64,000 bases of DNA from Geopsychrobacteraceae bacterium (lineage in GTDB: Bacteria; Desulfobacterota; Desulfuromonadia; Desulfuromonadales; Geopsychrobacteraceae). The notes beneath the pieces are model-generated. The model was not told the origin of the DNA and ran no database searches. It saw nothing but the letters and a program-made list of their open reading frames with translations. The stretch's first letter is position 1; every line of letters begins with the position of its first letter. The DNA lies in NCBI GenBank assembly GCA_963662315.1, contig OY759353.1, positions 1,184,001 through 1,248,000 of the forward strand. Reading direction: 5' to 3'. Shown here in pieces: positions 39,667-50,119 of this stretch. A program made the position numbers and the translations under genes.

Positions 39667-41415
39667 GTGAAAGATCTGGTTGCACATCAATTGGTTAAAT
39701 ATCTCGAGGACAGAGGGGTGGAACATGTCTTCGGGCTCTGCGGCCATACCAACATCGCCGTATTGTCGGCACTGGACAAAAGCAAGATCAACTTCGTCAA
39801 CACCCGTCATGAGCAGATTGCTGCTCACGCTGCTGATGGCTACGCCCGTGCTAAGAAAACCACTTCTGTTGTGCTGAGTCACTTGGGACCGGGCATGTCC
39901 AACGCTGCCACCGGCGTTGCCAACGCTGCCCTGGACTGTATTCCGATGGTCGTTATCATTGGCGACATTCCTTCTCACTACTACGGTAAACACCCCCATC
40001 AGGAAGTTAACCTGCACGCTGACGGTGCGCAGTCAGAAATGTATCGTCCCTTCTGTAAGCGCGTTTGGCGTGTAGAAAGCCCTGAGCTGTTCCCAGAAAT
40101 CATGGAGAAGGCATTCCAACTGGCAGAAAGTGGTCAACCTGGACCAGTTGCTGTTGACGTTCCGATGGACATCTTTTCAAAAGAAGTCGATATCGAGCGT
40201 TTTGAGCGCGTCAAAAAGAACACCCGCAGTCTGTCCAAACCATCACTGGATGAAGACGTTGCCAAAGAAATCGTCATTAATCTGGTTGAAGCTAAAAAAC
40301 CGCTCCTGTATGTCGGTGGAGGTATCGTACTTGCTGACGCAGCTGAAGAGTTAAAAGCATTTGTTGATCATACCAGCATTCCTGTTGCCCACAGCTTGAT
40401 GGGTAAAGGCGCTCTGCCTGATGATCATCCTTTTACCCTCGGCATGAGTGGCTTCTGGGGCACTCAGTACATCAATGACAGCTGTCGTACTGCTGACTGG
40501 ATTCTCGGTCTTGGCACCCGCTTCAAAGAAGCTGACTGTAGCTCCTGGTACCCAGAGTTCACCTTCGATATCCCAGGCACTTCCAAGCTGATGCATATCG
40601 ACATTGAAAGCTCTGAAATCGGCCGTAACTACCCAGTTGAAATTGGTGCCGTTGCCGACCTGAAGCAGGCTCTTAAAGTCCTGACCAAGGTTGCTAAGCA
40701 ACTCTGCCCTGAAGGCATTAAAAAGCCTGAACTGGAAAAAGAGATCGCTGAATACCGAGCTGAATTTGCTGGCAGAAACACCGAAAACCAGCAAAGCGAC
40801 AAATACCCGATGATGCCAGAGCGGATCCTGGCTGATGTTCGTGCGGCTCTGCCTCGCGATGCGATTATCACCACTGATGTTGGTTGGAATAAAAACGGTG
40901 TTGGTCAGCAGTTCCCGATTTACACCCCAGGCAGCATTCAGATTCCTGGTGGCTATGCAACCATGGGCTTCGGTGCTCCGGCAGCATTAGGAGCTAAACT
41001 GGCTTGCCCAGACAAAGTGGTTGTCGCTCTTATCGGCGATGGCGGTTTCGGTCAAAACCCTGCCGTTCTTGCTACTGCGGCATATGAAAATATTCCCGCT
41101 ATCTGGGTTGTTATGAACAACAATGCTTTCGGTACCATTGCTGGACTGGAAAAAGCTCACTACAACACCACTTACGGTACCCTGTTCCCACAAGTTACCG
41201 ACTTCGCCGCTATTGCCAGAGCATATGGTGTTGAAGGCATCAGCATTAAATCTGCCGATGAGTTCAAACCGGCCTTGGAAGCTGCCATTGCATCCAACAA
41301 GCCAACGGTTATCGATGTTCGCATGATTAACAACCCGGTTCCAACTACCGGTCACTGGAACATCCTTGACATCTACTCACCAGGTAAAAAAGTGTCTCAC
41401 GTCAGCACCGACTAA
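39667..41415 (+). CDS. Thiamine-diphosphate-dependent enzyme (acetolactate synthase/IolD superfamily), substrate unknown
   Basis: RHEQIAAHAADGYAR, GPG, PGPV.VD.P.D, TMGFG, GDGGF…NN ThDP motif; GTG start after GAGGAGG. Confidence 0.9.
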   Translation: MKDLVAHQLVKYLEDRGVEHVFGLCGHTNIAVLSALDKSKINFVNTRHEQIAAHAADGYARAKKTTSVVLSHLGPGMSNAATGVANAALDCIPMVVIIGDIPSHYYGKHPHQEVNLHADGAQSEMYRPFCKRVWRVESPELFPEIMEKAFQLAESGQPGPVAVDVPMDIFSKEVDIERFERVKKNTRSLSKPSLDEDVAKEIVINLVEAKKPLLYVGGGIVLADAAEELKAFVDHTSIPVAHSLMGKGALPDDHPFTLGMSGFWGTQYINDSCRTADWILGLGTRFKEADCSSWYPEFTFDIPGTSKLMHIDIESSEIGRNYPVEIGAVADLKQALKVLTKVAKQLCPEGIKKPELEKEIAEYRAEFAGRNTENQQSDKYPMMPERILADVRAALPRDAIITTDVGWNKNGVGQQFPIYTPGSIQIPGGYATMGFGAPAALGAKLACPDKVVVALIGDGGFGQNPAVLATAAYENIPAIWVVMNNNAFGTIAGLEKAHYNTTYGTLFPQVTDFAAIARAYGVEGISIKSADEFKPALEAAIASNKPTVIDVRMINNPVPTTGHWNILDIYSPGKKVSHVSTD

Positions 41416-41439
41416 TTGACAACTGAAGAGACCTCCGGC

Positions 41440-41474
41440 AACAGGCCGCTTCCGTTCAGGAGGTGGCCTGTTTT
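41440..41474 (+). terminator. Rho-independent terminator
   Basis: AACAGGCCGCTTCC…GGAGGTGGCCTGTTTT. Confidence 0.7.
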
Positions 41475-41778
41475 ATTCTCACCCACCCCCTGAGGCAACT
41501 ATTCGCAACTGAGGGCAGTACAATCACAATAACCTCTCCCACCCATTTGACGATTTTGATCATTTTCCCTTCGTGACCACAATGACCAAAATAGCCACAA
41601 AGAAATCAAAGCTTTTTATCCCCCATTTATTTACAGACTTTCCTTTTCGCCATACCCTCCAGACACAGACTAGGCAAACAGCGTTTCCATTTCATCTTTT
41701 TCCGGAACTTTCAAAAGCCGCTACGGCCACGGTCAACCGTGGGTTTTCTAACTTTCTTATCTAAGGGAGATAAAGGTA

Positions 41779-42756
41779 ATGAAAAGAATCACCAAGCTTT
41801 TTCTAATGGTCATGTGTGCGTTACTTCTGGCTGCCCCCGCGTTCGCTGGTAAAGTTGTTTTGAAACTTGGCCACATTGCTGAGCCCGTGCATCCATACGG
41901 TAAAGGAGCTGACTACTTTGCCAAGCTGGTTGCAGAAAAATCAAATGGAGAAATCGAAGTTAAAGTATTTCCCTCCTCCCAATTAGGCGGGCAGAAAGAC
42001 CTTGTCGAGAGCATGGTTTACGGTGGCGTTGATATGGCTTTAGTCGGCACCGCAGTGCTGGGACAATTCCAGCCCCAAATTTCAATCTTTGACCTTCCCT
42101 TCCTGTTTAAAGACCGCGAGCACGCCTATAAGTCTCTTGATACCGTTGGCATGGACATCGGCAAGCCGCTGGAGAACCGTGGCATCAAGTTGCTGGGCTA
42201 CATGGAAAACGGCATTCGTCATCTGACCAACAACACCAGGGAAGTTCTCTCCCCGGCTGATATGACTGACCTGAAAATCCGCGTCATGAACAATAAAGTT
42301 TACATTGAAATGATGAAAGCATTGGGTGCATCACCAACCCCCATTGCCTTTGGTGAGCTCTATAGTGCTATGCAACAGGGTACCGTCGATGGCCAGGAAA
42401 ATCCCAGCGCTCATATCTGGACCAAACGTTTCTTTGAAGTCCAGAAGTATGCCTCTTTAACCGCCCATTCTTACTCTCCAGAGCCCGTGATTATGTCAAT
42501 GGTAAGTTGGAACCGCCTGAACGACAAGCAAAAAGACATTATCATGGAAGCTGCCAAAGAAGCCATCGCCTGGCAACGCCAAATCGCTACGGAGCAAGAT
42601 AAGGAATACTGGGACAAGATTAAAGCAACCGGCAAAATTAAAGTCACCGAAGTTGACCGTGCCCCATTTAAAGAAGCAACCAAATCGGTAATTGCCATGT
42701 TTGCGTCAAAAGTTGGCCAAGACAATCTCGATAAAATCGCGGCTCTTGCCGAGTAA
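41779..42756 (+). CDS. TRAP substrate-binding protein (DctP family), system 3
   Basis: Signal peptide, FPSSQLG, ENGIRH, KIRV, ELYSAMQQGTVDGQENP. Confidence 0.93.
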   Translation: MKRITKLFLMVMCALLLAAPAFAGKVVLKLGHIAEPVHPYGKGADYFAKLVAEKSNGEIEVKVFPSSQLGGQKDLVESMVYGGVDMALVGTAVLGQFQPQISIFDLPFLFKDREHAYKSLDTVGMDIGKPLENRGIKLLGYMENGIRHLTNNTREVLSPADMTDLKIRVMNNKVYIEMMKALGASPTPIAFGELYSAMQQGTVDGQENPSAHIWTKRFFEVQKYASLTAHSYSPEPVIMSMVSWNRLNDKQKDIIMEAAKEAIAWQRQIATEQDKEYWDKIKATGKIKVTEVDRAPFKEATKSVIAMFASKVGQDNLDKIAALAE

Positions 42757-42764
42757 ACCTTCAA

Positions 42765-42793
42765 GCACAGGCAGTTGCGGTGACTGCCTGTGC
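42765..42793 (+). other. Intercistronic stem-loop after dctP
   Basis: GCACAGGCAGT…ACTGCCTGTGC 11-bp stem, typical after binding-protein genes. Confidence 0.6.
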
Positions 42794-42849
42794 AGAAAAA
42801 AACATCATTAAAGCGTCCCATCTGGTGAGCAAACCAAGAGAGCAAAATT

Positions 42850-43386
42850 ATGGATAAATTATTAAATAGCGTGCGCAAGAGTCTTTACTGGATTTCTGTC
42901 ATATCGATGATGGTTATGCTGTTCATTATTTTTTTTCAGGTTATCACGCGCTACGTATTCGGGCATTCGTTTGAATGGTCAGAAGAAATCGCAAGATTCC
43001 TGTTTGTCTGGGTTGTTTTTCTCGGATCAGCCCTGATTATGGGGGAAAGTGGTCATCTCGCCGTGCGCATGTTGCCGGAAAGATTAAAAGGAAAGACTGT
43101 TGGTTTCATGCTCGAAATTTTCATCAATTTCTGCAGTTATGCTTTTATCCTCTTGCTGATTATTCAAGGGGGAAAAATGACTCAGACCATGAGTTTTCAA
43201 ACCGCACCAGCGCTGGGCATCTCGATGAGTTGGGTGTACAGCATTATCCCTATCAGCGGCTTTCTGATGTTGCTCTATTTGATTAAGGATTCGATTAAAA
43301 TTGGCAAGGAGTTTATCTCTCATTTTCGTCAAAGAGAGAACACTGAAGAGTTTCAAACGATGGCCGCGAGCAAGCAGAAGGGATAA
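42850..43386 (+). CDS. TRAP small permease (DctQ family), system 3
   Basis: QVITRY…WSEEIAR…HLAV. Confidence 0.9.
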   Translation: MDKLLNSVRKSLYWISVISMMVMLFIIFFQVITRYVFGHSFEWSEEIARFLFVWVVFLGSALIMGESGHLAVRMLPERLKGKTVGFMLEIFINFCSYAFILLLIIQGGKMTQTMSFQTAPALGISMSWVYSIIPISGFLMLLYLIKDSIKIGKEFISHFRQRENTEEFQTMAASKQKG

Positions 43387-43392
43387 TTAACT

Positions 43393-44667
43393 ATGGAACT
43401 TGCACTACTTGGTTCATTTTTTGGTATGACATTGATCGGGGTTCCGGTCGCTTTTGCCTTGGCCCTTTCTGTTGCCATCGTGCTGTTTGGATTTATGGAT
43501 ATGCCACTGGTCATGATCTCTCAGAATATATATTCCGGGATCGACTCTTTTTCATTCATGGCCGTCCCTTTCTTCATGCTCGCAGGAGCGTTCATGTCAG
43601 CGGGTGGAGTCACCTCACGACTGGTGAACTTCTCCCAGGCGATTGTCGGGTCTTTTACCGGCGGTCTGGCCCAGGCAGTCTGCGTATCTGGTATGTTTTT
43701 CGCTGCAATTTCAGGATCTTCTGCAGCAACAACCGCGGCCCTGGGATCCACCATGGTTGATCAGATGGAAAAGAAAGGCTATAACCGAGCGCTCGCAACC
43801 GGAGTTGTCGCTGCGGGTGGCACCGTCGGTATTGTTATCCCGCCATCCATCACGTTGGTTGTTTATGGTGTTATCGCAGGAATATCGATCGGCGATCTGT
43901 TTGTCGGCGGCTTTGTTCCCGGTATTATCATGGGACTCGTTATGTGCCTAGTCAGCTGGATTATTGCAAAAAAAGAAAAAATTCCAGCTGAAGGGGCATT
44001 CTCTATGGCCAACTTCATAAAGTCCTTTAAAGAATCTTTCTGGGCCCTGTTGACCCCAGTCATTATTATTGGCGGGATTTACGGTGGTATCTTCACCCCA
44101 ACCGAAGCTGCCGCCGTTGCAGCTGTCTACGGAATATTTGTTGGCCTTTTTATCTACAAAGAGCTGAAACTGAAAGATTTTCCGGAAATTATCTTTAAGG
44201 CTGTTATCGGCACAACGCTGATCATGTTTATCGTTGGTGCTGCTAAAGTTTTCGGCTGGGTCATGACCAGTCTGCAGATCCCTCATCATATTGGAGCCTG
44301 GGTTGTTTCATTGACCTCTTCACCCATCGTGTTCTTATTGATGATGAATATTCTGCTGCTGTTTATCGGTACAGTTATCAATGCTTCTGCCGCGGTGGTT
44401 ATTCTGACCCCCATCTTCCTTCCCGTAGCCACTCAGTTAGGTATTGATCCACTGTTTTTTGGCGTACTGATGGTTGTCAATCTGGCAATTGGCTGCATTA
44501 CCCCACCTGTTGGTCTCGACCTCTTCGTGGCCAGTGCCATTACCAAGGTCCCGCTCGAAAAAGTCATGCGAGCATCACTGCCGTACTTGTTTTCACTCAT
44601 AGCTTCACTGCTGTTGTTTACAATGTGTCCAAGCATTATTACTTTTCTGCCAAACTTGACTCATTAA
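43393..44667 (+). CDS. TRAP large permease (DctM family), system 3
   Basis: AVPFFMLAG, ISGSSAAT, IPPS, FTPTEAAA, TPPVG. Confidence 0.93.
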   Translation: MELALLGSFFGMTLIGVPVAFALALSVAIVLFGFMDMPLVMISQNIYSGIDSFSFMAVPFFMLAGAFMSAGGVTSRLVNFSQAIVGSFTGGLAQAVCVSGMFFAAISGSSAATTAALGSTMVDQMEKKGYNRALATGVVAAGGTVGIVIPPSITLVVYGVIAGISIGDLFVGGFVPGIIMGLVMCLVSWIIAKKEKIPAEGAFSMANFIKSFKESFWALLTPVIIIGGIYGGIFTPTEAAAVAAVYGIFVGLFIYKELKLKDFPEIIFKAVIGTTLIMFIVGAAKVFGWVMTSLQIPHHIGAWVVSLTSSPIVFLLMMNILLLFIGTVINASAAVVILTPIFLPVATQLGIDPLFFGVLMVVNLAIGCITPPVGLDLFVASAITKVPLEKVMRASLPYLFSLIASLLLFTMCPSIITFLPNLTH

Positions 44668-44725
44668 TCTCATTGGCTGAAAAGGCTCCCGCTTAATCAG
44701 CGCCAATACTCCTTTCTGATTTCAT

Positions 44726-44755
44726 GTCCGGACTCTATTTTATAAGAGTCCGGAC
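44726..44755. other. Inverted repeat / stem-loop downstream of TRAP system 3
   Basis: GTCCGGACTCT-N8-AGAGTCCGGAC. Confidence 0.5.
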
Positions 44756-44949
44756 CGTCATCGCCGCCCTAATTAATATTTCTGATCCGCTATTCCTTAC
44801 GGCCAGGCAGTCCACGCATACAAATACAAACAATCACTGTCATAGCTTATAAAAATATGCTAGTTTTCAGGCCACAAAGAAACTTGTACCTTACAGTAAA
44901 TCTGGATACAGAATAATGATTATTTAAAGAAAAGAGCTGGAGATGTACC

Positions 44950-45282
44950 ATGAACACAAACCGTATTTCCGATGGAAATATTGAACGGTTAACCCCCGAC
45001 AAAACAAGAAGACTTATTTATACCGAAAATCTTATGATGGCCGTATGGGACTTTTTTGATGGTCCCTGGGATATGCCAGAAGCTCCTCACTCACATCCAC
45101 AGGAACAGATTGTCTATGTTGCAGAGGGAGCCGTTAACTTTAGTATCGGCGAAGAGACCTGCCGCTTAAATACCGGAGACACAATTGCCGTTCCTGGAGA
45201 CGTGCCACACAGCGTCCAGCTGCTGACGCCAAAAGTCAGGTTGATCGATACCTGGACACCGATTCGTAAAGATTTTCTTTAG
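44950..45282 (+). CDS. Cupin-domain protein (KdgF-like)
   Basis: PHSHPQEQIVYV…GD…PGDVPH…ID.WTP.R.DFL. Confidence 0.88.
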   Translation: MNTNRISDGNIERLTPDKTRRLIYTENLMMAVWDFFDGPWDMPEAPHSHPQEQIVYVAEGAVNFSIGEETCRLNTGDTIAVPGDVPHSVQLLTPKVRLIDTWTPIRKDFL

Positions 45283-45532
45283 GCATTGACCTTACGGATT
45301 GTTTTTGCGGAGCGCCCCTCCGAAACCCTGATGAGGAATTACGCAACAGCAATTCTTTTAATGCAGAGCTCTTTACTGCTGATTGTTCATCTTGCAGCTG
45401 CAGTTAAGAGCTTCGATTCTTGTCGTAGCGTTTTTAAATTTCTGGCCCCCCAAGTGTGACTTCCCAATCGCAAGGCACTTCAAACTTAAGGCCTGATAAA
45501 TATTTTCATAGCCAATAATCAACAGGAAAACC

Positions 45533-46468
45533 ATGAACAACCAAGCACCACGAAGTGCTGGCAGCAACCTTTTACCTTATCTGCTGCTTGCTTTCACGAA
45601 CCTGTTCTGGAGTTTGAACTTTATCATCGGCAAACTGGTTTCCGGTGTTATCCCTCCGACTACCATCAGTTTTTTTCGCTGGCTGTTGCCAGCTATTTTC
45701 TTTTTGGCCCTGAACTTTAAACAGATACGCGCCAACACCCAACTGATCCGCAGCAACATACCCCTTATGTTAGCGCTTGGGCTGACCGGCTACGCAATAA
45801 ATTCCATATGTGTTTATGAAGCAGTCTTTTATACATCAACGATTAACACATCCTTTATCAATGCTTTTAACCCGGTTTTAATTGCTCTTGCAGGGTTCAT
45901 CATGTATCGCTATCCGATAACCAGAAAACAGGTTTTCGGCTTTTTCCTGTCATTACTCGGTGTCGTCACCATTATTTTCAAAGGTGAACTGGAACGCATA
46001 CTACAGTTGCATATCAATATTGGTGATCTGTTCATGATTGGCAGTATCTGTTGTTGGGCCATTCATACTATTTTGTACAAAAAGAAAGGAGCAGCTTCAT
46101 CACTGCCTTCGCAAGTCTTATTCACCATGATGATGTGCAGTGGCGTTATCCTGACTATTCCATTTGTAATCTTCGAAAACAGTATATTGGGCTGGGAGTG
46201 GATATATAATATTCAGCTGCAACATATTCTTGGTGTGTTGGCGCTTAACATTTTTCCTTCCGTTCTGGCCTATACCTTCTGGAATCAGGCATTAACCCGC
46301 GTTTCCGCTAATGAAGTTGCCATTTCCCAATACTTAATTCCTGTTTTCACCACCCTTATTTCTGTTTCATTTTTGGGTGAACACTTGAAGAAATTTCATC
46401 TCTGGGGGGGAGTCCTTATTTTTCTAGGTGTGTTTCTCGTCACTATGGTCAGGCGTAAAAGGCACTAA
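45533..46468 (+). CDS. DMT/EamA family transporter
   Basis: Ten TM segments, FWSLNFIIGK, GDL, LIPVF…LGE. Confidence 0.88.
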   Translation: MNNQAPRSAGSNLLPYLLLAFTNLFWSLNFIIGKLVSGVIPPTTISFFRWLLPAIFFLALNFKQIRANTQLIRSNIPLMLALGLTGYAINSICVYEAVFYTSTINTSFINAFNPVLIALAGFIMYRYPITRKQVFGFFLSLLGVVTIIFKGELERILQLHINIGDLFMIGSICCWAIHTILYKKKGAASSLPSQVLFTMMMCSGVILTIPFVIFENSILGWEWIYNIQLQHILGVLALNIFPSVLAYTFWNQALTRVSANEVAISQYLIPVFTTLISVSFLGEHLKKFHLWGGVLIFLGVFLVTMVRRKRH

Positions 46469-46512
46469 CCATTGTTAGTGTTATTTTAATATTATTAGAA
46501 AGAGCACCTGTA

Positions 46513-47421
46513 ATGGCAGATATAGTCAATAATTTACTACCAATTTTTCTGATATTCCTTCTTGGCTATTTTTGCCAAAGAGTCGGTTTCTTAACCAAAG
46601 AGAATGCTGACCTGTTCCTGAAAACTTTTTTTTATCTTGTTCTTCCGGCCGTTGTGCTGCTTTCAATCTCTCAAGTGCAGCTAACTGTTCATTTGCTTGC
46701 TCTGCCGCTTATAACCATTATCGTGACGATGCTAAGTTATGCGCTGGCTAATTTCAGCCGTCGCTTTTTCAATATGCCTCCTAAAACTACCGGAGTTTTC
46801 CTGATCGGCTCGACCATTTTAAATGGTGCATTTGTGTATCCATTTATACTTGCAATATTCGAAGAGCAGGGTCTTGCAATCGCCTATCTTTTTGATTTCG
46901 GCAACGCTCTGGTGGCTTTCTCTTTCGCTTATTATCTGGCATGTCACTATGGTCACACAGGGTCCAGGTTGTCACGAAAGGAAATCTATAAAAAGTTCCT
47001 GTTATCCCCACCGCTTCTGGCCCTGTCAATGGCCGTCTTACTCAACGTCACCGGCGTCCATCTTCCTAAGGCCGGCTATGAATTTCTGCGTGCCCTAGGA
47101 GGAATGACGACCCCCCTGATAATGCTGTCCCTGGGCATTTACTTCAGCCCCAAAATTATCAACCCGGGGCCTCTCTTTACGGTGATCGGCATCCGGATTT
47201 TCGGAGGCTTGGTTATGGGCATTATCCTGACATATGTTTTTGGCTTCACCGGGACAAATAGAATTATTACCATTATAATGTCCCTGAGCCCGTCAGCTAT
47301 GAATACGCTTATTTACGCAACGCTGGAGGGCTTGGATAAGGAATTTGCTGCGAGTATCATCTCTTATACCACCCTAATCAGTATGGTATTAATATCAATC
47401 ACGATCCTTATACTTCAATAG
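46513..47421 (+). CDS. AEC (auxin efflux carrier/malate permease) family transporter
   Basis: LLPIF…LGY, VLPA, NGAFVYP, SPP, P.IMLSLG, PSA. Confidence 0.85.
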   Translation: MADIVNNLLPIFLIFLLGYFCQRVGFLTKENADLFLKTFFYLVLPAVVLLSISQVQLTVHLLALPLITIIVTMLSYALANFSRRFFNMPPKTTGVFLIGSTILNGAFVYPFILAIFEEQGLAIAYLFDFGNALVAFSFAYYLACHYGHTGSRLSRKEIYKKFLLSPPLLALSMAVLLNVTGVHLPKAGYEFLRALGGMTTPLIMLSLGIYFSPKIINPGPLFTVIGIRIFGGLVMGIILTYVFGFTGTNRIITIIMSLSPSAMNTLIYATLEGLDKEFAASIISYTTLISMVLISITILILQ

Positions 47422-47492
47422 AACTGCTCCTAATTGAAGCTAGACGGATTTTTAACAAACAACTTCAGGCCCGGCAGCAACCGGAGACAACT

Positions 47493-48413
47493 ATGCAGAC
47501 TCTTGCCACCATCGCTCCTATTTTTATCATTATCGCCCTGGGTTGGATCGCCGCACGTACAGGTCTTATGCCTGACACCCTTTTGGGACCACTGAATCGT
47601 CTGATATATTATTTTGCGATTCCGGCCTTTTTATTTCATGCCATATCGAATTTTCCTCTTGCACAGGGATTTAATGTTCAGGTTGTGGCAATCACTCTGG
47701 GTACTGTCATTGCTTTTTATCTTTGTGGATGGGCATTAACAAAAATTTTTCGCATTGCTCCGCAAACATCAGGAGCGACCATTCAATCAGCCTGCCACAG
47801 CAATGCCGGGTATGTCGGATTACCGGTTGCCTTCTACATTTTAGGGGATGCCGGTTTAGCGCAAGCAGGTATCATTTCCGGATTTTTAATGATCGCACAG
47901 AATGTGATGTCATCAACGATACTGCAATCCTACTCACAGGATAAATCTCTCAGTGGTCATTTTTCCATGATCATTCAATACCTTAAAAACCCTGTCATCA
48001 TCGGCTCATTGGTCGGCATAATCGCTTCAGGATTACAGATACCGGTTCCGAGGGTTATCGATCGCACACTTAACATGCTTGGGGATCTAGCACCTGCGGC
48101 AGCCCTGTTACTTATTGGTGCGTCATTATCCTTTCAAGCCATGAAATCGCGTAAAAGCATTATTATCATCACTGTTACCACAAAATTAATCCTGCTTCCC
48201 CTTGCAGCGTTACTGATTTTTAAGCTTTTTCATCTGGATTTAAAAATCTACCTGCCGGCTATTATTCTGCTGGCAACACCAACCGCAACCGTCGCCTATG
48301 TTATGTCAAAGCAAATGGGTTCAGACGCTGAAATTGCCGTGGCCACCATATCGGCCAGCACAATCATTTCAGCGGTCACTCTCCCACTCTGGTTAACTTT
48401 TTTGTCCGGATAA
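47493..48413 (+). CDS. AEC family transporter, second copy
   Basis: IAPIF…LGW, YFAIPA, NAGYVGLP, KNPVI, TPTAT. Confidence 0.85.
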   Translation: MQTLATIAPIFIIIALGWIAARTGLMPDTLLGPLNRLIYYFAIPAFLFHAISNFPLAQGFNVQVVAITLGTVIAFYLCGWALTKIFRIAPQTSGATIQSACHSNAGYVGLPVAFYILGDAGLAQAGIISGFLMIAQNVMSSTILQSYSQDKSLSGHFSMIIQYLKNPVIIGSLVGIIASGLQIPVPRVIDRTLNMLGDLAPAAALLLIGASLSFQAMKSRKSIIIITVTTKLILLPLAALLIFKLFHLDLKIYLPAIILLATPTATVAYVMSKQMGSDAEIAVATISASTIISAVTLPLWLTFLSG

Positions 48414-48496
48414 TATCACTATCGTTTTACAATCATATTTTTGTCAGATTGTGCGTGTATAGTGTTCCTTGTTACATAGCTAACAAGGAGGGGGAC

Positions 48497-48916
48497 ATGT
48501 ATAAAAACATGCATATCAGCAGTATCAGCATCCTATTGTTGATTTTTATCAGCACAGCATCTTGGGCTGACACATTTCCTAATGCAGCTTTAGGTGCTGC
48601 GGATGAGTTTGTCGCAGCACTGGATATCGAAAATTATGAACAAGCCTATCATGATGCGGCACCACTGCTTCAGGCTCTAAAATCAAAAGAGAACTGGATT
48701 CAGGAAATCAAGCCAGTCAAAGATACTATGGGATCCGTGCTGTCCCGGTCTCTGAAGGCTATCAAGAAAACAGCTGCATACTCCGGATTGCCCGATGGCG
48801 ATTATGTTCAGGTATATTACGAAACCGAAATGGCTCACAAAAAGAAAGCAGCTGAAGTTGTGCTCACCTGTCAGACCGACGGTACCTGGAAAATTTGTTC
48901 CTATAGTTTAAAGTAA
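48497..48916 (+). CDS. Secreted DUF4019-like protein
   Basis: AAGGAGG RBS, signal peptide, G.VLSR…GLPDGDY…Y.T…E…WKI..Y pattern. Confidence 0.7.
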   Translation: MYKNMHISSISILLLIFISTASWADTFPNAALGAADEFVAALDIENYEQAYHDAAPLLQALKSKENWIQEIKPVKDTMGSVLSRSLKAIKKTAAYSGLPDGDYVQVYYETEMAHKKKAAEVVLTCQTDGTWKICSYSLK

Positions 48917-49258
48917 TAAAGCCAAGGCGTCCTCAACAAGATTGGTTCATAACAGCCGACGGTAATATTCCATTCCACGCCTTGCTTTCCTGCCACTTTT
49001 ACTTTATTGCCCCCAGCTGCAGTCGTCTATAAGACTCTTAGCGTCCATAGCAATATCCTTCTCTGCAATGTCGCCTTAAATTGCCTGCCATGCCAGAAAA
49101 TCCAAACGCTTAAAAGCCTTTACACCAAACATTCGTTGTCTGCATGATCAAAAAATGTTAGGAGTATCAATGCGTAATTCGTGTTAAACTCGCAGAGCCA
49201 AAGTGCTTATTCAAATAAGTTCTGTATCTTCAATACTTTTTATCAATCGGTTTCATCT

Positions 49259-50068
49259 ATGAATAGCTGCAAACAGATCTTATGCATGAAATGGGGAACC
49301 ATGTACGGTGCGGAATATGTCAACTGTCTGCACTCCATGATCTCCAGAAACATATCCTACCCTTTTAAATTATTCTGCATGACAGACGACAGCCAGGGGA
49401 TTTTTCCTGAAGTCGAATGCCTACCACTGCCGCAACTAGGTTTTGAAGTCCCCCCAGAAGCCCCCGGAAAATGGCCCAAACAGGCACTGTGGGCCAAGGA
49501 TTTATTTGGACTCAAAGGAACAGCTCTTTTCCTTGATCTTGATTCAGTAATTGTCGATTCTATTGACTGTTATTTTGAATACGGGCGGGCCGAGGAGGTC
49601 ATTACGGCAAGGAACTGGATCAAACCATGGCAGCGGGGGGCTCAGACCTCCGTCTTCAGATTTCCGATTGGCAAGCATTCATATATGCTTGAAGATTTGC
49701 AAAACAATCCGGAGTTGTGCGTCAAATACCAGTTTGAACAAAACTACGTAACCCACCATATTAAAGGAGGAGTAAAATTCTGGCCATCCCGGTGGACAAG
49801 GCATTTCCGTAAACATTGTCTGGGCGCATGGCCGATGCGCTATATTAGACCGCCACAGCTACCAGCCAATTGCCACATTGTCACCTTTCCTGGCAGCCCC
49901 AATCCACCAGATGCAATTGCCGGTCGCTGGTCTGAAAAAAACGTTCCCCGCTCTCCATTTGAACATATAAAATATGCCCTATCGCAACCTACTTTTTCTA
50001 AACGCAGTAAAGAGCTACGGCGTTACGTACAACCCTGCGAATGGGTAGCCTCTCACTGGAAAATATAG
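49259..50068 (+). CDS. Putative GT-A glycosyltransferase (CMKWG..Y…YVN family)
   Basis: CMKWGTMYGAEYVN, CMTDD, FLDLD (DxD), EQ, FPG.P.P. Confidence 0.7.
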   Translation: MNSCKQILCMKWGTMYGAEYVNCLHSMISRNISYPFKLFCMTDDSQGIFPEVECLPLPQLGFEVPPEAPGKWPKQALWAKDLFGLKGTALFLDLDSVIVDSIDCYFEYGRAEEVITARNWIKPWQRGAQTSVFRFPIGKHSYMLEDLQNNPELCVKYQFEQNYVTHHIKGGVKFWPSRWTRHFRKHCLGAWPMRYIRPPQLPANCHIVTFPGSPNPPDAIAGRWSEKNVPRSPFEHIKYALSQPTFSKRSKELRRYVQPCEWVASHWKI

Positions 50069-50119
50069 ATCACATAAAACCAGTAATCAGTGTAAAAGTA
50101 TCTATTTCTGAGAACTCAC

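Noticed and set aside
31288..41415. SauS + Xsc sulfoacetate degradation pathway
   Set aside because: The ALDH is SauS-like, but the ThDP enzyme lacks the Xsc N-terminal signature I recall (GIMGSAF), and no sulfoacetate-CoA ligase, phosphotransacetylase or sulfite exporter gene is present
39667..41415. Calling the ThDP enzyme ilvB
   Set aside because: No ilvN/ilvC neighbours, GLCGHTN rather than GYPGG loop, and catabolic context
48948..49049. 33-aa minus-strand ORF (MDAKSLIDD…) with a weak RBS in the DUF4019-GT gap
   Set aside because: Short, no recognisable motif and no supporting context
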